Shown: positions 58,542 to 64,000 of the stretch, one piece after another
Numbering within the stretch: position 1 is the first letter of the stretch
Layout of the letters: every line of letters begins with the position of its first letter
Assembly: GCA_949290575.1 (NCBI GenBank)
Contig: CASESJ010000004.1
Span: forward strand, 48,981 to 112,980
Direction of reading: 5' to 3'
DNA: 64,000 bases
DNA from: an uncultured Clostridia bacterium
GTDB lineage: Bacteria > Bacillota > Clostridia > Christensenellales > Borkfalkiaceae
Translations under genes and position numbers: made by a program
Notes under the pieces: model-generated
Database searches by the model: none
What the model saw: the letters and a program-made list of their open reading frames with translations, nothing else
Told to the model about the DNA's origin: nothing

Positions 58542-59618
58542 TCAGCCGAGGAAAATTCCCAGCTCTTCCGCGCACCTGACCATTCTGTCGCCGCGGGTGA
58601 CGTATTTATATTTGCCCGCAACGTCCTCCAGCCTGTTGACGGCGAGGGAATTGCCCTTTACCGCCACAGTCACGCCGAACCTGCCCTCTGCAACGAGGTT
58701 TGCCGCCTGTTCGCCGAGGCGGGTGCAGAGCAGTCTGTCGTAGGCGCAGGGCGCGCCGCCCCTCTGCACATACCCCAGAACTGAGGTGCGCGCGGCATAG
58801 CCCGTATTCTGTTCGATATATTCGGCGAGGTGATTTGTTATAGTCTTTTCACCGAGATTTGCGCGGGCGAAGGAACGCTGTTTGCGCTTGAGCCCCGCCT
58901 CCGCGCGAATGTGCGCGCCCTCGGCAACGGCTATGAGCACGCTGCGCGCGCCGTCCTTCTTTTTATCCTCTATGAACCTGCAAAGTTCGTCCTCGGCAAA
59001 TGGCATTTCGGGTATCAAAATTGCGTCCGCTCCCGCGGCTATGCCCGAATGAAGCGCGAGCCAGCCCGCCTTATTGCCCATTATTTCAACCAGCATAACT
59101 CTTGAATGGCTCTCTGCCGTGGTACGAATTCTGTCCATGCACGAGCAGGCGACTTCCACCGCCGTCTGAAAGCCGAACGTGACGTCCGTACCCCAGATGT
59201 CGTTATCGATAGTCTTGGGCACGCCGATAACCTTGCACCCCTCGCGCATAAGCAGCGCGGCGTTCTTGTGCGTGCCTGCTCCGCCTATGGCGATAAGACA
59301 GTCCAGCCCCAGCTTTTTATAGTTTGCAGCCATCTTTTCAAGCTTTGTCTGACCGTCCTCGCCGCGTATCTGCATCTGCTTGAACGGCTGACGTGAAGAG
59401 CCGAGCAACGTTCCGCCCTCGGCTAAAATACCCTCTATGTCGCGCGGGCGCAATTTTACGCTCTCGCCGTCTATCAGACCGCCGTAACCCTCCGGAATGC
59501 CGATAAGTTCCGCTCCCTTTATATTGCGGAATATCGAAATGCCCGCCGCTCTTATCACGGCGTTGAGCCCTGCGCAGTCGCCACCGCTCGTCAGAATGCC
59601 GATTTTCATGTCTTTCAC
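58542..59618 (-). CDS. pfkA: 6-phosphofructokinase
   Basis: GILTSGGDCAGLNAVIR, IGGAGT, PKTIDNDI. Confidence 0.9.
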   Translation of the reverse strand: MKDMKIGILTSGGDCAGLNAVIRAAGISIFRNIKGAELIGIPEGYGGLIDGESVKLRPRDIEGILAEGGTLLGSSRQPFKQMQIRGEDGQTKLEKMAANYKKLGLDCLIAIGGAGTHKNAALLMREGCKVIGVPKTIDNDIWGTDVTFGFQTAVEVACSCMDRIRTTAESHSRVMLVEIMGNKAGWLALHSGIAAGADAILIPEMPFAEDELCRFIEDKKKDGARSVLIAVAEGAHIRAEAGLKRKQRSFARANLGEKTITNHLAEYIEQNTGYAARTSVLGYVQRGGAPCAYDRLLCTRLGEQAANLVAEGRFGVTVAVKGNSLAVNRLEDVAGKYKYVTRGDRMVRCAEELGIFLG

Positions 59619-59736
59619 CCGCGGGATATTCCCCCGCCCTTTATTCTACTTATTTTTCGCATACAATTATACCACAACCGCCGCCGCAAAAAAAGCACCT
59701 TTCCGCAAAAAGTTTGTAAAAATTGCATAGCTGAAA

Positions 59737-59770
59737 GGCTGCGCCCGCGACGGCCGTCGCGGGCGCAGCC
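59737..59770 (-). terminator. GC-rich hairpin downstream of the hydrolase gene
   Basis: GGCTGCGCCCGCGAC/GTCGCGGGCGCAGCC 15-bp stem with a short T-run. Confidence 0.5.
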
Positions 59771-59914
59771 CAAATTTTACACAGAAATTTACTTATCTGC
59801 TTTATTTACATTCTTGCCTGCGCACGCTTTATCGTCACAGCATTTGCGCAACAAGTGAATTACAGGCGTTTTTTTATATTATACCTATGTTTCAGACTTA
59901 ACCACACAGCACCT

Positions 59915-60865
59915 TTACACAAGAGTTATTCTCTCCTCCCTTTCGAGGGGGAAGCGGTAAAGCTCGGATGAGTTGAGGTCGCGCGAGCGCATACCCACGC
60001 CCGTTATGGCGTGGTTTTCGTACAGCGTGTAGTAATAAATGCCCGCCGAGGCGTCGCAGCACGAGGTGTACAGCGTAGTTTCGCAGCCGTCTTTTATTAC
60101 ATTGCAGCCGCGCACCTGCCGCACGCTGCCGAGAATGTTAAAAAGAGCGTTGACGCCGTCTGTATTCCCGTCTCCGCATATGCAGTTGTTTCTTACGAAC
60201 GCCGCCCGCACGAAGCGCGAGCGGGACGACAAATCTCCCGGCAGACCTATAGCACCCATACCGAGGCTGTAACGCTGCATATCGACGCCTTTGAAGAAGT
60301 TGTTTTCGGGCTGACTTGCAGACAGGTGCATATAGTCGCTGACGTTCAACAGCTGCTCGCCGAACGGCGGGTTATTTGTCAGAACGCCAAAGGCGTTTTC
60401 AAATATTTGCATGCCCGACTTTGTACATTCGACGACTATGTCCCTCTCTGCGTCCGAAATCATCCAATGCAGCTGCGCACAGGGCAGATTTTCGCAAAAC
60501 TGACGGTCGGTAAGTCTGATTTTTCGGATAACTTCAACCGCCTCCTCGACGCTCTGACAGCGCGAGAGAATAAACGGTATAAACTCATACTGCGCCACCT
60601 CGTCCCGCGCGCCGACAGATTTGAAATATTGAGCATTCCCCACAAAGTTAAGCCCCGCCATGCACAGCCCCGCCTCGTTCATGGCGTCGTAAAATAGCGG
60701 ATAGCCGCCCTGCACGAGTGCCATGCCGACAATCGCGTACCGACCTTTGAAGCCGAAGTCGAACGCGCGCGGCGCGATTACCGCCTCTTCGCCGTAGGAC
60801 ATATGATTGTCGAGCGTTCTGCCGAAATACAGCCCGCCCTTTCTGAAACTTGCCGCAGTACACAT
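59915..60865 (-). CDS. Choloylglycine hydrolase-family Ntn hydrolase (bile-salt-hydrolase/penicillin-V-acylase type)
   Basis: MCTAAS N-terminus (Cys2 nucleophile) behind a GGAGGAAC RBS. The long upstream ORF extension is rejected. Confidence 0.85.
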   Translation of the reverse strand: MCTAASFRKGGLYFGRTLDNHMSYGEEAVIAPRAFDFGFKGRYAIVGMALVQGGYPLFYDAMNEAGLCMAGLNFVGNAQYFKSVGARDEVAQYEFIPFILSRCQSVEEAVEVIRKIRLTDRQFCENLPCAQLHWMISDAERDIVVECTKSGMQIFENAFGVLTNNPPFGEQLLNVSDYMHLSASQPENNFFKGVDMQRYSLGMGAIGLPGDLSSRSRFVRAAFVRNNCICGDGNTDGVNALFNILGSVRQVRGCNVIKDGCETTLYTSCCDASAGIYYYTLYENHAITGVGMRSRDLNSSELYRFPLEREERITLV

Positions 60866-61086
60866 AGATGTTCCTCCCCTTCTATTATGCACACTTTTTC
60901 TGCTTTGCACGCAAAATCGCAAAAAAAGCGCGTTCGCGCGGGGATATCCCCGCGCGAACGCGCTTTTATAATTAATTGATAGTCCCTTCCCCCTCAGTTC
61001 TGAATTGCCGCGCTCTGTCCCAGGTGGAAAGACCTGAAGACTATTTGCACCGCCCGCGCAACAAGCGCGGGCGGCGCGACAATTTA

Positions 61087-63582
61087 TCATTCTATACTCT
61101 TGAGCGATTCAATCATATCTATTTTCTGCAGACTTTTATACATCACGAGGTTTATTATAACCGAGAATGCGAGAGTTATCAGTCCGCCGATTATGTAGCT
61201 GTACCAATATATGCTCCTGCCGAACATAATGAGGTCGACCTCAATGGACTTTATTACATACTGGTGCAGCAGCACGCCCAGCCCGACGCCCAGCAGAATG
61301 CCTATGACAGTCAGCAGCACGTTTTCCTTATAGACGTAGACGGCGACCTCCTTGTCGTAGAAACCGAGCACTTTCAGCGTTGCAAGTTCGCGCTTTCTTT
61401 CGGCAATGTTTATGCTGTTGAGATTGTACAGTACAACTATTGCAAGCAATGCCGCCGCGGCGAGCACTATGAGCACTATCGTATTGAGCGAAGAGAGCGT
61501 ATCGTCCGCCCATTCCACGAGCGCGGACGTAAACGACACTCCCTGCACGGCGTCGTTTTCCAGAATGTAACTGCCGAGCGAGCTTTCAAAACTCTCCGAC
61601 GCGGAGGGATAGGTGACAAGTATCTGATTGTATGACGGCTCTTTTGAAAAAAGTTCTTCGTACAGTCTGCTGTCTATGAAGAGATAGTGTCCTATATAAT
61701 TTTCATACACCGCCGTGATTTTTACCGTAACGCCGTTCGAATTTCCGTCCCTGAAAGTTACGCTGTCCCCCGTCCATACGCCGAGCGAACGCGCCGTCTT
61801 TTCGCTTATTATGCCGCCTTCGGACGAAATAACAATGCCTTTTTTGTCCTCTCTGTAGCGGAAAGTGAAGTAATCTTCTATTCCGTCAAGGCTCTCGGGC
61901 ACGCACAGCGTAACCGTCTGAATGCTGTCCTCGCCCTGAATGTCTACAGATTTCTGATAGAGCGAAAAGGTCTTTACTCCCTCGCCCTGCCCCTCTATGC
62001 CGAGCATGAGCTCGTACCTGTCCTCGTCGGGAATACCCTCCTGCACGGTGACCGAGGCTTTATAGTGAGTGAGGTCGGTGTACTGCATATCTGCGACGTC
62101 CATTATGCTGTCCTGCAGTCCCAGCCCGACAAGCACAAGTCCCATACAGCCCGCCACGCCGATTATCGTCATAAGAAAGCGTTTCTTATTGCGGAACATA
62201 TTGCGCACGGTAGATTTTTGCGTAAAACTCAGCCTCTTCCATATAAACGGAATTCGCTCTATCAGCACCCTCTTGCCCGGTTTCGGGGCTTCGGGACGCA
62301 TTATCTGCGCGGGGCAGGAGCGCGAGACCGAAAGACACGCCGCAACGGTAGCAACGCCTGTAGAGAGCACGCTTGCCGCGACGGCAATCGCGCCCTCGAC
62401 AAAGTTATAGGGAAGTACAAAGGATGTGAGCCCCTGATAGAGCAGGGCGTACGTATTGAGTATGGCGAGCGGGAAGAGTTTTTCGCCTATCAGCACGCCG
62501 ACAACCGAGCCCGTCAGCGTGGGAATGAGCGCGTAACAGAGATATCGCGCCAGCACCGAGCCGTTGCCGCAGCCGAGGGCTTTGAGAGTACCAATCTGCT
62601 GCCTCTCCTCCTCGACCATTCGCGTCATAGCCGTCAGACTGACGAGCGCAGCCACGAGAAAAAAGACTATGGGCAGCAGCTCGCCCAGACTTGCAATTCT
62701 GTCGGCGTCGCTGCGGTAATTGACGTAAGAAAACACCGTCTCGCGCCCGACGACGTACCACTCGGGTTCGGGAATTAACTCCTCCAACGCCTCGGGCGGT
62801 ATGGGAAGTCCCGCATACTGCTCTTTGAGCTCCTCATATCTCCGGGCGCAGGCTTCATCCGCAATGGAATTTATACTCTCTTTCGCGCCGTCGATGAGGT
62901 TGTCGTACTCCTCTTCAAAGCTGTCCTTTTCTTCCGCGCCCTCGACAAGGACGTTAATCTGCGTGTAATAGTCCGCGGTGAACGCCTCGGAAGAAACGAG
63001 CACAAAGCCATCTATTTCGCCGTTTCCCACAGTGCCCGTGCCTCTGCTGAGGTCCATATACTGCGGCAGGTCGGCAAAGCCCGTTATCGTATATTCGGTG
63101 TGGACGAGCTGACCCGAAAGGTCGTCCTCGCCGCCCGAAAGAAATTGTATTTTATCTCCCGTTTTATATGTGCCAAGCTCCAAAAGCAGGGCATCGAGCA
63201 GACATTCGTCGCTGTTTTTCGGCAGAGTGCCGTCGACGACGGGCACATTTACGCGCTGCGAGAGCGAAATGAGTTTGACGGCGCGCTTTTCCTCGGTATT
63301 GCACAAAACGTCGAGAGAGTTGACGCCCTCGGCATAGCTCACCTCGTCCAGAGCCTCAAGCGCGGATACGTCGTCGTCCGTCAGTCCCGCCGTGCTGACT
63401 ACCGAGATATCGAAAAGATGCTGCGCGTCATAATAGTTTTCGGCGGAGAAGAGCATGTCGTTCTTGCTCGAACGCAGTCCCGAAAAGAATGCCGCGCCCA
63501 GCAGTATAATGAAGAATACCGAGATAAATTTGCCCTTATTTTTAAGTATTCCCCTGAAAAAATCTTTATAAAGAGGTCTCAT
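61087..63582 (-). CDS. ABC transporter permease with two FtsX-type domains (MacB-like)
   Basis: 831 aa, with two 4-TM FtsX modules each preceded by a large extracytoplasmic domain. Confidence 0.85.
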   Translation of the reverse strand: MRPLYKDFFRGILKNKGKFISVFFIILLGAAFFSGLRSSKNDMLFSAENYYDAQHLFDISVVSTAGLTDDDVSALEALDEVSYAEGVNSLDVLCNTEEKRAVKLISLSQRVNVPVVDGTLPKNSDECLLDALLLELGTYKTGDKIQFLSGGEDDLSGQLVHTEYTITGFADLPQYMDLSRGTGTVGNGEIDGFVLVSSEAFTADYYTQINVLVEGAEEKDSFEEEYDNLIDGAKESINSIADEACARRYEELKEQYAGLPIPPEALEELIPEPEWYVVGRETVFSYVNYRSDADRIASLGELLPIVFFLVAALVSLTAMTRMVEEERQQIGTLKALGCGNGSVLARYLCYALIPTLTGSVVGVLIGEKLFPLAILNTYALLYQGLTSFVLPYNFVEGAIAVAASVLSTGVATVAACLSVSRSCPAQIMRPEAPKPGKRVLIERIPFIWKRLSFTQKSTVRNMFRNKKRFLMTIIGVAGCMGLVLVGLGLQDSIMDVADMQYTDLTHYKASVTVQEGIPDEDRYELMLGIEGQGEGVKTFSLYQKSVDIQGEDSIQTVTLCVPESLDGIEDYFTFRYREDKKGIVISSEGGIISEKTARSLGVWTGDSVTFRDGNSNGVTVKITAVYENYIGHYLFIDSRLYEELFSKEPSYNQILVTYPSASESFESSLGSYILENDAVQGVSFTSALVEWADDTLSSLNTIVLIVLAAAALLAIVVLYNLNSINIAERKRELATLKVLGFYDKEVAVYVYKENVLLTVIGILLGVGLGVLLHQYVIKSIEVDLIMFGRSIYWYSYIIGGLITLAFSVIINLVMYKSLQKIDMIESLKSIE

Positions 63583-63586
63583 AGCC

Positions 63587-64000
63587 TTACCACTCTATCT
63601 CTTCGACGGAGACAGGCGCAGAATTAATTTCACAGCTCTCCGCCCTGCCGTTTTTGATATGAATTACTCTGTCCGCCATGGGCGTGAGCGCGCTGTTGTG
63701 CGTGATTATTATTACAGTCATTCCGCGCTCGCGACAGGTGTCCTGCAGGAGCTTTAAAACGGCTTTGCCCGTGACATAGTCGAGCGCGCCCGTCGGCTCG
63801 TCGCACAGTAAAAGTTTGGGATTTTTTGCGAGGGCGCGCGCAATAGCCACCCTCTGCTGTTCGCCGCCAGAAAGCTGCGAAGGGAAGTTATTTTTGCGCT
63901 CCGAAAGTCCGACTTCGTCCAGAACAAGCGAGGCGTCGAGCGGCTTTTTGCTTATCTGCAGAGCGAGCTCGACATTTTCAAGCGCGGTGAGGTTCTGCAT
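63587..64000 (-). CDS. ABC transporter ATP-binding protein (partial; N-terminus beyond the window)
   Basis: [15 protein letters not shown] signature, [12 protein letters not shown] Walker B, ITHN H-loop. Confidence 0.9.
   Translation of the reverse strand: MQNLTALENVELALQISKKPLDASLVLDEVGLSERKNNFPSQLSGGEQQRVAIARALAKNPKLLLCDEPTGALDYVTGKAVLKLLQDTCRERGMTVIIITHNSALTPMADRVIHIKNGRAESCEINSAPVSVEEIEW

Noticed and set aside
61687-62778. 363-aa plus-strand ORF inside the MacB-like permease gene
   Set aside because: It is an antisense shadow ORF with an Arg-rich translation.

Overview
This 64-kb window comes from a G+C-rich, spore-forming Firmicute, Clostridia-like by gene content (gerAA/AB/AC operon, spoIVFA/spoIVFB pair, spmA/spmB, ylmC/ymxH, veg). 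From about 7.2 kb to the end it is ordinary, tightly packed housekeeping DNA, mostly on the minus strand. Genes there include glpK, a purine permease, an ArsR plus Cd/Zn P-type ATPase operon, an ABC-F protein, a SAM-I riboswitch with metK, comFC, ligA, pcrA and rpsU (below the ORF-track length cutoff). They continue with queH, trmB, a padR module, rsmA, tatD, metG, nifS, ispE, ppk1, pfkA, a choloylglycine-hydrolase-family gene and a MacB-type ABC transporter. The first ~6.6 kb is different. It is visibly AT-rich and mosaic, and it abuts the 3' end of a six-tRNA operon (Gly-Arg-His-Gln-Lys-Lys, minus strand). It carries (i) a BspA-type LRR surface protein with 69-bp tandem repeats, (ii) about 1 kb without convincing ORFs but with a perfect consensus promoter and many GC-rich hairpins, (iii) a MobV (Mob_Pre) relaxase preceded by a pMV158-like set of overlapping inverted repeats (candidate oriT), and (iv) a self-contained retron-like cassette. 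The cassette is the most interesting item. It lies between two intrinsic terminators and consists of a ~250-nt hairpin-rich leader, a 76-aa ORF with a consensus Shine-Dalgarno and a basic/hydrophobic tail, and a 321-aa reverse transcriptase. The RT has YIDD, NAxxH-type and VTG-type signatures and no other domains. I could not resolve canonical msr/msd a1/a2 repeats by eye, so the ncRNA boundaries and the identity of the effector remain hypotheses. No CRISPR array, integrase or transposase was seen in the window.
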